64,000 nucleotides of DNA. It comes from a virus. Each line of letters begins with the position of its first letter. Positions within the stretch are counted from its first letter, which is position 1. The notes below the pieces were generated by a model. That model made no database searches. It was not told where the DNA came from and worked only from the letters and a program-made list of their open reading frames with translations. Where the stretch lies: IMG/VR virus record IMGVR_UViG_3300042907_000878, positions 27,283 through 91,282 of that record; one strand, written 5' to 3'. Below, piece after piece: positions 55,986-64,000 of the stretch. Both the position numbers and the translations under genes were made by a program.

Positions 55986-57382
55986 TTGGCTACCTTTCTC
56001 ATTTTTTCCGCTGTCATATTATTTAATTTATTGATTTCTTCATCACTTAGAAATTTTGGAGTTAGATTGCAAGCGGTCATCATTTGAAATATATTTTTAT
56101 TTATATCTTCCATTTCTTCCTTTAAAACTGCCGCATCTGGGAATAATGGTTTTATTCCAGTATTTATTTCTGAACTGATTAATGGTTGGCTATTTTTGAT
56201 TAGCCATTCTTTACATTTTTCATTGACTAATTCTGTTAATAAAAATGCTCGTTCTGATGTTTCTGATCCAATAATTAAACCATGATTTTCTAAAAATATA
56301 ATTTCTCTGCCTATATTTATTTTATCAATTAACTCAAATCCCGGAGTGGTATACTCTACAAAATTAAATTGAGAATCTTTAAATAAATCAGATATTATAT
56401 CTTTACTTTCTTGACTGCACAGTATTGCATTTAAATGTATTGGATGTGTGTGACATACTATTTTAGATTTTATTTTTAAGTGAAATCCAGTTTCCATTGA
56501 CGGATTATTTTTGCCACCTCTTTTAAGATTTGATATGTATGTCATATATTCATTTTCATTCCTGAATATTGGTAATATTTCTGGTATATTACAAACACAA
56601 TATCCATTTGATAAGCTAATATCTGACATTCTAGATCCTGAAGATTTAATAATTAATCCATTGTTGGTTTTTCTGGATATATTTCCACCTTTATCTTGTA
56701 CGATTGCTGGATCTAATGATATCTTTCGGCATAATTCAATAAAATCTATAGTAGACTCATAAAATATATCTAGTTTTTGAATAATTTCTTGAGCTGATTC
56801 GCTTAAGTTATTATTTATATAACTAGGAACAACTTTTCCATTTATCTTTTTAAAAGTGATAATTATATCAGCATTATTTTTTTGAGGCTCTATGTATTTT
56901 AGTTCATCTTCTTTTCTAATATTTATATTTTTTAAAACTTGTTCTTTTGTATATCCTCTTTCGTGAGTGTCTCTTGTTATTTTCCACTCTTTCTTTAATT
57001 CTTCATCTGTTTCAACAAAAATATTTAGATTAGATATATTAGCGACTGGTTCATAAAGAGCGTGTAGCCCCACGTATATTATATACTGTTTAGGATATAT
57101 TTCTATAGGCTCATCAAATTTACCAGTAGTATGATTATATAAAGATCTTTGTATTGAAGATCCTTTCATTAAATCTCTTATATGAATATAGCCTATTTCT
57201 AAGTTATTTGAATCTGGATTAAGATGTGTTTTATTTTTCCAGTGATGACTATTTCTTTTCCACTTATGAAGATCATCCCCGCTTAGATACAGGGATTGAT
57301 CTTCACCTAAAATATATTGTAATAATTTAGCTACAGTGGTTTTTCCAACTCCAGAGCTGCCAGATATGCATATTAAATTCAT
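55982..57382 (-). CDS. Phosphoribulokinase-like kinase fused to class II aldolase/epimerase
   Basis: GSSGVGKTT, DDLH, YNHTTG, GLH, then GGNIS, PSMETxFH, HTHP, LENHGL. Confidence 0.85.
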   Translation of the reverse strand: MNLICISGSSGVGKTTVAKLLQYILGEDQSLYLSGDDLHKWKRNSHHWKNKTHLNPDSNNLEIGYIHIRDLMKGSSIQRSLYNHTTGKFDEPIEIYPKQYIIYVGLHALYEPVANISNLNIFVETDEELKKEWKITRDTHERGYTKEQVLKNINIRKEDELKYIEPQKNNADIIITFKKINGKVVPSYINNNLSESAQEIIQKLDIFYESTIDFIELCRKISLDPAIVQDKGGNISRKTNNGLIIKSSGSRMSDISLSNGYCVCNIPEILPIFRNENEYMTYISNLKRGGKNNPSMETGFHLKIKSKIVCHTHPIHLNAILCSQESKDIISDLFKDSQFNFVEYTTPGFELIDKINIGREIIFLENHGLIIGSETSERAFLLTELVNEKCKEWLIKNSQPLISSEINTGIKPLFPDAAVLKEEMEDINKNIFQMMTACNLTPKFLSDEEINKLNNMTAEKMRKVAK

Positions 57383-58587
57383 GATTCTATTATTTCAAAT
57401 TTTGGACATGGGACAATGAATTTACCTCCGCACTGTAAAAAGTTCTGTTCTCTTTGAATGAACTCATTAATGAAATGCCAAGGTAGAACAAGCATATAAT
57501 CTGGAGGATTTTGTCTCATTTCTTCTTCCGAGATAATAGGAATATTTGTTCCTGCTGTATATAATCCAAATTTATACGGGCTACGCTCAACTAATTTTTG
57601 AACCAGTCTTGAATCAATACCAAAGTATTGAAGCAGCGTGTTGCCTTTAGTAGATGCCCCATAGCCATAAACTGTCTTTCCTTCAGCCCGTGCAGACTCA
57701 AGAAATTTAACGGTTTCATCTTTAAGATCATTAATTCTATTGAAAAAATGAATCCATGTATTTTGGTTATCTAATTCAAGTGTTTTTTCATATGCAAGTA
57801 AGGATTGTACATTAAAATCGTAGACATCTCTCTTTTGTTGATTTGCAAACTTTTTAACATCTGCAATATCTTTTACTGCATACACTCTAAAGCTTCCACC
57901 GTTAACATCGTTCAATTCGCAATTAAGAATCTTAAACCCATTTCTTTCGAAAATTTTCTTAATGTTGAATAGCGAGTAATAATACATATGCTCATGGCAG
58001 ATATTATCAAATGCTAATTGGTTAATCATCAGAGGAGTATAGGACATTTGCACGACCCATATTCCATTATCATCAAGTACATCGTACACATCTTTTACAA
58101 ACTTATCTGGATTTGGAACGTCATAAAACATTGCGATTGTAGTAACTACATCGGCTTTGAAATTTTCCGGTAGAACTTCTTTTGAAAAGTAATCTTGGAT
58201 AATTGTCGCATATTTACTAGATTCATTTTTAAAAGAGTCGTCTGCTGGATCAACACCATATTTTTTATAATTATTTGGAACTTGAGAAAGTAGAGTTCCA
58301 TCGTTACATGCAATATCCAGCCAAGTTTTTTCTCCTTGGTGATTTACAATGTGTGTGATATCGTCCACTATCTTTTTAAGCTCATTCTTCATTGTTTGAT
58401 TAGTGCCAGACCGATACCAATATTTCCCCCACATGGTATCGCATGGTGGCTGTTCCGATAACCTTACAGCTCCACTATCCTCTTCCAAGACAAGTTTTAG
58501 TTCATATTTTTCAATCGGGTTTTTTAGCTGATCCTCTGTTAAAAAATCAGAAACACATATCTTTCCTAAGCTAAATAATTCAATCAC
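57379..58587 (-). CDS. NDP-sugar C-methyltransferase family protein
   Basis: YWYRSG, DIACNDG, FDNICHEH, GGS, YGASTKGNTLL, LPWHF; GTG start. Confidence 0.88.
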   Translation of the reverse strand: MIELFSLGKICVSDFLTEDQLKNPIEKYELKLVLEEDSGAVRLSEQPPCDTMWGKYWYRSGTNQTMKNELKKIVDDITHIVNHQGEKTWLDIACNDGTLLSQVPNNYKKYGVDPADDSFKNESSKYATIIQDYFSKEVLPENFKADVVTTIAMFYDVPNPDKFVKDVYDVLDDNGIWVVQMSYTPLMINQLAFDNICHEHMYYYSLFNIKKIFERNGFKILNCELNDVNGGSFRVYAVKDIADVKKFANQQKRDVYDFNVQSLLAYEKTLELDNQNTWIHFFNRINDLKDETVKFLESARAEGKTVYGYGASTKGNTLLQYFGIDSRLVQKLVERSPYKFGLYTAGTNIPIISEEEMRQNPPDYMLVLPWHFINEFIQREQNFLQCGGKFIVPCPKFEIIES

Positions 58588-58603
58588 TATATATTCTCCA
58601 AAA

Positions 58604-59155
58604 TTATGTTAAATCTGACACATTAGTATTGGACCACATCTTACAACTCCAGTAATTCGCTTTCCATTTTGGCCCCGGATTATCACATCCATGTCTAGCT
58701 CTGAAAGACTTTCGTCTTTCTGGATCGTCTCTCTTGATGCTCATGTTCGGGTCGCCAAAATTAACTTTAACAACATTACCTTTTTCATTTTTAACATATA
58801 CAGAAAATTTCTTTGGTCCGCCCGGAGTTCTGAATGGCTTATTAAGAGTTACTTTTTTATCTTTTTCGCCTACGCTTGTTGGGCCAAGCAAAGTTTTATC
58901 TCTGTCGTCTTCGTAAAATACGCCTCCAGCAAGTGAAATCTCATATGTGAATTCATTCCACTCCTCATCCCAAGAAGCGGTTGCGTACTGCTGATGAAGA
59001 TCTGCTTGATTAATTAAATCTGCCTTTGATTGTTGAATACATATGGCGACACGCTGCTTTTGATCTGGGTATTCCTTTTTCATCGTAGGATTTCCCATGC
59101 ATGTTGATAAGAATTTTTTAGGATCTTGATCTTTTCTTTTGTTTGGTATTGGCAT
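58604..59155 (-). CDS. DUF6321-like basic protein
   Basis: LNKPFRTPGGPKKFSVYV...FGD...RKSFRARH.C...YWSC. Confidence 0.7.
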   Translation of the reverse strand: MPIPNKRKDQDPKKFLSTCMGNPTMKKEYPDQKQRVAICIQQSKADLINQADLHQQYATASWDEEWNEFTYEISLAGGVFYEDDRDKTLLGPTSVGEKDKKVTLNKPFRTPGGPKKFSVYVKNEKGNVVKVNFGDPNMSIKRDDPERRKSFRARHGCDNPGPKWKANYWSCKMWSNTNVSDLT

Positions 59156-59634
59156 TATTTATCCTTTTTTTCTGATGATTTTGGATGATCTCTTGGTAAC
59201 AAATCATTATCTTGTACATAATTTGGATTTGAAGGTCTTCCATTATACATTAAATATAAGAAAGCTTTTACTCTTGCTATTCCCCAACCCCTTCTATCCA
59301 TAGATGGATGATGACTAGTAGAGAAAGCCCCTTCGCCCCTTCTCTGAACTGATTTCAATTGTCCCATTGTAGCCTTAGAACCTTTATTATTTTTTTCTAC
59401 CTTGGCATTATGCTCTTTCATCATTGATGATAAAGTATTAGTTGTTTGCTCGCCCTGTTTAATATTTTTATTGGGCTTACTTGCAGATTCTGGAGGATTT
59501 TTTTTAGAACCCTTCTTTCTTTCGCTTGGTTTAGCAGGAGTTTTTCTTGGATCATTTTTTGACGGTTTGCCATATTGTAAACTAATGGCTTCTTCCATCA
59601 TTTTAATAATCTCTGATCTTCTATCGTCTTTCAT
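59155..59634 (-). CDS. DUF5824-like basic protein
   Basis: LKSVxRRGxGAFSTSHHP...WGIARVxAFL; K-rich N-terminus. Confidence 0.6.
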   Translation of the reverse strand: MKDDRRSEIIKMMEEAISLQYGKPSKNDPRKTPAKPSERKKGSKKNPPESASKPNKNIKQGEQTTNTLSSMMKEHNAKVEKNNKGSKATMGQLKSVQRRGEGAFSTSHHPSMDRRGWGIARVKAFLYLMYNGRPSNPNYVQDNDLLPRDHPKSSEKKDK

Positions 59635-60191
59635 TTTGATGACTGACCATAATAATTATTTTCTTCTTCTGCATCATCTTCCTCTTCGTCGTCTTCGCCG
59701 TCTTCGCCTTCTTGTTCAGATGAAATATAATCATGTACTGCCATGATATAATCTCTTGAAAGAGTTAATTTTTCTTGAACCCAAGGCTCTGCCAAACACT
59801 CTTGATTACCAGCTTGCACCATAACAATTAAAGATTGTAAATGCATTGTTAAAGATTTAATATTAGACATAGCCATCCCAATAGAATCTTCTACGATATC
59901 ATCTGGAGACTCTGCGGCTTTCGCCTTCATTTTTCTCCAGCCAACTTCAAGTTCATTAAGGTAGTGCGCTTTATCTTTTTTAGTTGCCAAGTTAGTATCC
60001 TCCACTTGTCTTGTGATTAATTCTTTTTTAGCTTTATGTTTCATCGGTTCGTCTTCGGGATTTTCATTTTGTTTATCTATTGTGTCTGGCGTATCTATTT
60101 TTTCACGAAAATCGACTGCTGATTTTGCTTGAGCATGGTTAAGAGCTTCTTGTAAGCCTTGCAATACTCTATTAAAAATTGGTTCTATCAT
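59631..60191 (-). CDS. Hypothetical protein with acidic tail (putative head protein)
   Basis: Start at 60191 (GGAGG RBS); WVQEKLT...DY motif; poly-E/D tail. Confidence 0.55.
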   Translation of the reverse strand: MIEPIFNRVLQGLQEALNHAQAKSAVDFREKIDTPDTIDKQNENPEDEPMKHKAKKELITRQVEDTNLATKKDKAHYLNELEVGWRKMKAKAAESPDDIVEDSIGMAMSNIKSLTMHLQSLIVMVQAGNQECLAEPWVQEKLTLSRDYIMAVHDYISSEQEGEDGEDDEEEDDAEEENNYYGQSSK

Positions 60192-60206
60192 TAAACCTCC
60201 AAATAG

Positions 60207-60234
60207 AAAAAAACGGACGTAATTAAACGCCCAT
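60207..60234 (-). terminator. Intrinsic terminator
   Basis: atgggcgt-ttaatt-acgtccgt followed by a T tract. Confidence 0.6.
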
Positions 60235-60250
60235 TCTAAAGTTTTATAAC

Positions 60251-60607
60251 TCAATTAAGAGTTAATAAGTATTGTGCCTTGTGTACTAGAGCTAGCATCT
60301 CATCTCTAATATTTAAAAGATCTGTATCTGTTGGCTGAATTTCATTAGTTAAGCTAATTAAAAAAGTTTCAAATGCAACGATTACTTCATTGACATTAGA
60401 GGTGTTATAACTGATTACGCTTCCTGCACTAGCTCCAACATTCCTTCCATACTTGCCCATATAAACTTCCATGAAGTTGTCAGTTAAGTCGTGGATACCA
60501 TCGTATAATTCACCTAAAGTTTGGTGCTGGGAATATGAAGTTGTTATCCAGTGAAAAACGTGAATCTGTACTACGAATCCAAGAAGAGTGCTTACTAAAT
60601 TTTGCAT
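60251..60607 (-). CDS. Dps/ferritin-like protein (DUF5856-like)
   Basis: FHW...H..LGELYD...D..ME...GKYGR; DLLNIRDEM...YLL. Confidence 0.78.
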   Translation of the reverse strand: MQNLVSTLLGFVVQIHVFHWITTSYSQHQTLGELYDGIHDLTDNFMEVYMGKYGRNVGASAGSVISYNTSNVNEVIVAFETFLISLTNEIQPTDTDLLNIRDEMLALVHKAQYLLTLN

Positions 60608-60633
60608 CAAATTTCCTTTAGTTACAAAAAATT

Positions 60634-60655
60634 TCCTCCTATAAATATAGGAGGA
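60634..60655. promoter_or_regulatory. Perfect inverted repeat (terminator or leader hairpin)
   Basis: tcctcctata-aa-tataggagga. Confidence 0.6.
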
Positions 60656-60673
60656 TATGTTATTCTATATTTC

Positions 60674-60681
60674 TATACACA
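60674..60681 (-). promoter_or_regulatory. TGTGTATA putative late-promoter element
   Basis: Intergenic, ~67 nt upstream of the Dps-like gene. Confidence 0.45.
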
Positions 60682-60981
60682 TTATACCTTGTAGACATCC
60701 ATAAGAAAACCTTCTATCGATTTATAATCAGTTTTTTCGAACATATCAAAAACTTTTTTCTTTGCTTGTGATTTTTTCATACCCAAAGAGACCAAACATT
60801 CGATAGCTTCTTTTTTGATTGGATTTTCAACTACTACATTTTCATGAGGTGGCTGAGGTATGTATTTTACTACCTCAACCACTTCTTTTTTTATTACGGT
60901 CTGTTGTTTTGATATTGTGCTTAATATCATTGGAAGAAATATGCAGCAACCCATAAATATAATCACAGATACTTCTTCCAT
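60682..60981 (-). CDS. Membrane protein with RuvA C-terminal-like domain
   Basis: N-terminal TM; EAIECLVSLGMKKSQAKK resembles RuvA domain III. Confidence 0.55.
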   Translation of the reverse strand: MEEVSVIIFMGCCIFLPMILSTISKQQTVIKKEVVEVVKYIPQPPHENVVVENPIKKEAIECLVSLGMKKSQAKKKVFDMFEKTDYKSIEGFLMDVYKV

Positions 60982-60994
60982 TTTAAAACCTCAT

Positions 60995-61894
60995 TTACTT
61001 GGTAAACCGACCTTTGTTATCTCTCTTGTTATGATAAGGACACTCATCAGAGCAATCGTCTAGCTCTTCGCGAAGTTGCTCGCACTCATCGGGTTCGTCG
61101 CAATCGCAGTTTGGAAATCCGCAATCGTCGTCCTCGTCTTCGTCCTCATCATTATTATACTGCGAAGAGTAGTCGTTGGCAAGAGGTTTTTCAAATTCTC
61201 CCACAACTTTATACTTCGCCGTTCGCAGCTTTTGATTCTGGCAGTCGTGAGGAACGCTCACAACGTCCGATGGGTCAACTTCGACAATCATCAGGCGATT
61301 AGACCCGCGATTAAACTCTGTAGCGTAGGCCAGTGTGCCAACGTGGAAACCATAGCTACAACCCAGATCAGGATCATCACACACATCATTCCGGGCCATT
61401 GTATGCTCACTGCCAACAGTGTTGGAGAACTTTCCGCTATACCAATCCTTGTAATTTTCTTGTACTGATTTATATGCCAAGAAATTTCCACTTGGAGTGA
61501 GTGGCATTTGACCATGCTCAAGGAACTTATAAAGCTCTTGCACTGCTCTGCGAGAAGGATTTGCCATTACCTTGCTTACAAAGTTTAGAAGAGGCTTAAC
61601 TGGAAGTTTTGCTTTCATAAACTCCATAATCTTTTGAGTGGCATAATTGTCAATATAATTGCCATTATACTTAACACCAATATCATCAACTTCAACTCCA
61701 GAAGCGGAAGCATATACTTCAACAGCTTTCTTAACACTAAGAAGTTCTTCAAGACCTTCATAGTCTTCAGCGTCTAGCTTATCTAAGACCACTTGCCAAT
61801 TTAGATGAGTTGCGTCAATATTATATACTTTAGCAGTATCCAAGAAGCTAACTGTCAGGGAGTTCTCTGTTCCGATAAATGCGATGTTACTCAT
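60995..61894 (-). CDS. rIIB: rIIB-like protein
   Basis: NPSxxAVxELYxFL, GxFLAYK, M.R..V.DD....CSYGFHVG, V.P.DVVSVP.D...KLR..KY. Confidence 0.9.
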   Translation of the reverse strand: MSNIAFIGTENSLTVSFLDTAKVYNIDATHLNWQVVLDKLDAEDYEGLEELLSVKKAVEVYASASGVEVDDIGVKYNGNYIDNYATQKIMEFMKAKLPVKPLLNFVSKVMANPSRRAVQELYKFLEHGQMPLTPSGNFLAYKSVQENYKDWYSGKFSNTVGSEHTMARNDVCDDPDLGCSYGFHVGTLAYATEFNRGSNRLMIVEVDPSDVVSVPHDCQNQKLRTAKYKVVGEFEKPLANDYSSQYNNDEDEDEDDDCGFPNCDCDEPDECEQLREELDDCSDECPYHNKRDNKGRFTK

Positions 61895-63960
61895 ACTTCA
61901 CCATCCTTTTGAATTGTTGTAGAAACCAGATCAACGTATTGGGCCACTTGTTTAATTATACCGTCAAAATCCCTGTTGTCAATCAAAACTTTCAACAGGG
62001 GGTATTTTTCCTTGATTTTATTCTGAGCTTCGCAGTGCTTGATATCCAAGTCACCAATTGCCTTTTGGATTTCTTGATATAGCGAATGATTATGACGACG
62101 AATGATATTTGTAATCGCTTCGTAATATCCTATCTTTCTACTATCTAATTGACAATCGTTATATTCAAGTACATAGTCATCAATGATAGATGCAACATCA
62201 GTTAATTTATGAATATCTTGAAGAGCTTTCCACGTTCCATCACCACGCATATTATCTTTTGACAACATGTGAATGATCTCATCTTTATTAGTTTGCACTT
62301 CATCAACAAGATAATCCAGAAAATTTACAAAGTTACGCTCGCCCACTTTCAAACTATTGAATTGATTGTCAGTAAAAATATACACTGTCTTATCTCCAAT
62401 TACATCTCTGTTATTAACACTTGAAGTGTCTAAGCCATAATACTCGTTATCTTTAAGATAGTATCCATCTTTAGTATCTTTGTCTAGCTTAACGCCCTTT
62501 CTGTCTGCACCATTGATTGTATAGGTCATAGCAGTGCAGTTGTTGCCTGTACTAGTGCGAACTACGGCAGAATCCTTGTTAAAGGTCAGCTTTGAAGCAA
62601 AAAGAAAATCTGATTCCTCAAAGCCACATTCTTTAATGAGAACATCTTTATCTGCAACGTCAATTACAAAGATTGTCGATGTTGTCGCATTATCTGAAAC
62701 ACTTGCTTTTTGTAACTCCTTCATTTTAAGATTAAAATTAGTATTTTTATCCTTAATTACGATAACTATATCTTCGGTAACTCTATAGTTTCCATGAGTG
62801 CCAATTTTAATCATTTCGATTTTATCACGCCATCGGTCATATCTACAATACATTGCATCTTTTGACAGTTTTTCTTGATGAACAAGTGTAAAATATGAAA
62901 TATCATCATAGCTTGAAGGATATAATCCTCCCACTAGATCTTTTACAAATCTACGAGTCAATCCGCTATCATTCACAACTTTAAAGATTGACTTGAATTT
63001 CTCAAACTTAGATTGCGATGTATTAGTTTCAGCATTCTTAACTGACAAAGCGACCTCTTCAACAAGTTCATCTTTAACCTTTTGGATAAAACCGTTAGTT
63101 TTAGATCTATATTCAAGAGATTCGCGAGAAGGAGTGATATCAACATCGCCAATGCTAGCGTTGATGATTACAGCTTTATTGCCAATGAATGTATTCTTGA
63201 AGATCTCACTTTCACATGGATAAAGCACTTGACCCATACGAACGAAAACAGTAGAGGAGTAATCGGATGTATGCTCGTACTTGTCAAATCCATCAGCTTT
63301 ACTAAGCAATACAATCCTTTGATCTTTCTTGCCCTCCATCAAGTTTTTAATACTAAAGCTGTTGTTAATCTTTGGAGTAATATCAAACCAGCTCAGCACT
63401 CTAGTTACAGCTTTGTTAAAGTTAGTGCGATCTTCGTGCTTAACTGCAAAGCTAACCTTTACGCCTTTATCTTCAGTTGAACTATTTGCAAGTAATGAAA
63501 CAGAGGGTTCGCCGTTTTCATTTTCAAAACATAGGTATACATACTTATGTCCGTTGTAGTTATTCTCTACGGTGAATTGCTTTGTGTATGCGAAGGGGCT
63601 TTTTGAACCAAGGCCAAAGCACCCGACTTGAGTGTCAGAGCTTGTCTTGGTAGAATAGAAGTACGTAGTGTAGATCTTTTCAAATTCTTCGGGGTCGATA
63701 CCCTTGCCGTGATCGCGTACAGAGAACGAGTGGTCAATGAAGTCTGGGAAGTGGACTTCGATTGGAACATCGCCAATACCGGCATTTACGTGAGCATCTG
63801 AGGCATTTGTGCAAAGCTCTCGCACGATAGCCTGATATTGATCGCTATACAACTTAGATGAGAGAATGTTGAAAGCCTTGGAGCTGGTCTCGATCTTGAA
63901 TGTTGATTCTTGAAAACCACTTGAGCGAACAACTTTTCTTTTTTCATCTGCAATAATCAT
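61891..63960 (-). CDS. rIIA: rIIA-like protein (GHKL ATPase N-terminus)
   Basis: LYSD...RELCTNASDAH, VRDHGKG, STK, GCFGLGSKSPFAY, PSRESL; adjacent to rIIB. Confidence 0.92.
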   Translation of the reverse strand: MIIADEKRKVVRSSGFQESTFKIETSSKAFNILSSKLYSDQYQAIVRELCTNASDAHVNAGIGDVPIEVHFPDFIDHSFSVRDHGKGIDPEEFEKIYTTYFYSTKTSSDTQVGCFGLGSKSPFAYTKQFTVENNYNGHKYVYLCFENENGEPSVSLLANSSTEDKGVKVSFAVKHEDRTNFNKAVTRVLSWFDITPKINNSFSIKNLMEGKKDQRIVLLSKADGFDKYEHTSDYSSTVFVRMGQVLYPCESEIFKNTFIGNKAVIINASIGDVDITPSRESLEYRSKTNGFIQKVKDELVEEVALSVKNAETNTSQSKFEKFKSIFKVVNDSGLTRRFVKDLVGGLYPSSYDDISYFTLVHQEKLSKDAMYCRYDRWRDKIEMIKIGTHGNYRVTEDIVIVIKDKNTNFNLKMKELQKASVSDNATTSTIFVIDVADKDVLIKECGFEESDFLFASKLTFNKDSAVVRTSTGNNCTAMTYTINGADRKGVKLDKDTKDGYYLKDNEYYGLDTSSVNNRDVIGDKTVYIFTDNQFNSLKVGERNFVNFLDYLVDEVQTNKDEIIHMLSKDNMRGDGTWKALQDIHKLTDVASIIDDYVLEYNDCQLDSRKIGYYEAITNIIRRHNHSLYQEIQKAIGDLDIKHCEAQNKIKEKYPLLKVLIDNRDFDGIIKQVAQYVDLVSTTIQKDGEV

Positions 63961-64000
63961 CTCTGTCTCCTTGTTAAGTCCAATCTGACGTTTCTTGTAC

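Noticed and set aside
55982-57382. Calvin-cycle phosphoribulokinase as an auxiliary metabolic gene
   Set aside because: It is fused to an aldolase and embedded in a glycan cluster, with no carbon-fixation context.
59660-59715. GAA/GAC-rich repeat-like tract
   Set aside because: Explained by the poly-Glu/Asp coding tail; not an independent repeat element.
13357-63785. Numerous short + strand and nested ORFs in the ORF track (e.g. 14424-14852, 22489-22809, 31413-31814, 61076-61468)
   Set aside because: They are antisense or out-of-frame shadows of well-supported genes, with no RBS or recognisable motifs.
1-64000. Alternative genetic code (stop-codon reassignment)
   Set aside because: Standard-code ORFs tile the window densely with intact conserved genes; the dnaE break is not a single in-frame stop.

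Overview
This is a 64-kb segment of an AT-rich (roughly 30% GC by eye) large tailed dsDNA phage read in the standard genetic code. Bases 1-13.3 kb (+ strand) are the end of a virion/tail module. After a bidirectional terminator at 13.4 kb, all genes are on the - strand. Read from the right end they are: rIIA/rIIB; a Dps-like gene and small basic head-type proteins; a low-GC glycan-biosynthesis island; a host-type DUF1559 prepilin gene with its own promoter and terminator; a papain-like peptidase plus holin/membrane-protein cassette; a phage sigma factor; nucleotide metabolism (dCMP deaminase, class II RNR, PhoH, dUTPase, dNMP kinase); RecA; DnaB, DnaG and a Cas4-like nuclease; an intein-less DnaE split into two genes around a DnaQ-like exonuclease; SSB; a second cluster of partly degenerate glycosyl/nucleotidyl-transferases; a homing-type endonuclease; and an SSAP. 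The DUF1559 gene points to a Planctomycetota host, probably Isosphaeraceae-like. The best candidates for undescribed biology are the phage-encoded planctomycete pilin-like protein among glycosylation genes, the two-chain DnaE, a possible cysteine-protease lysis cassette, a sigma70 to phage-sigma (TGTGTATA) cascade, and a ~100-nt structured RNA. All family calls come from motif recognition by eye; no database searches were run. I found no tRNA, rRNA, CRISPR array, integrase or reverse transcriptase.
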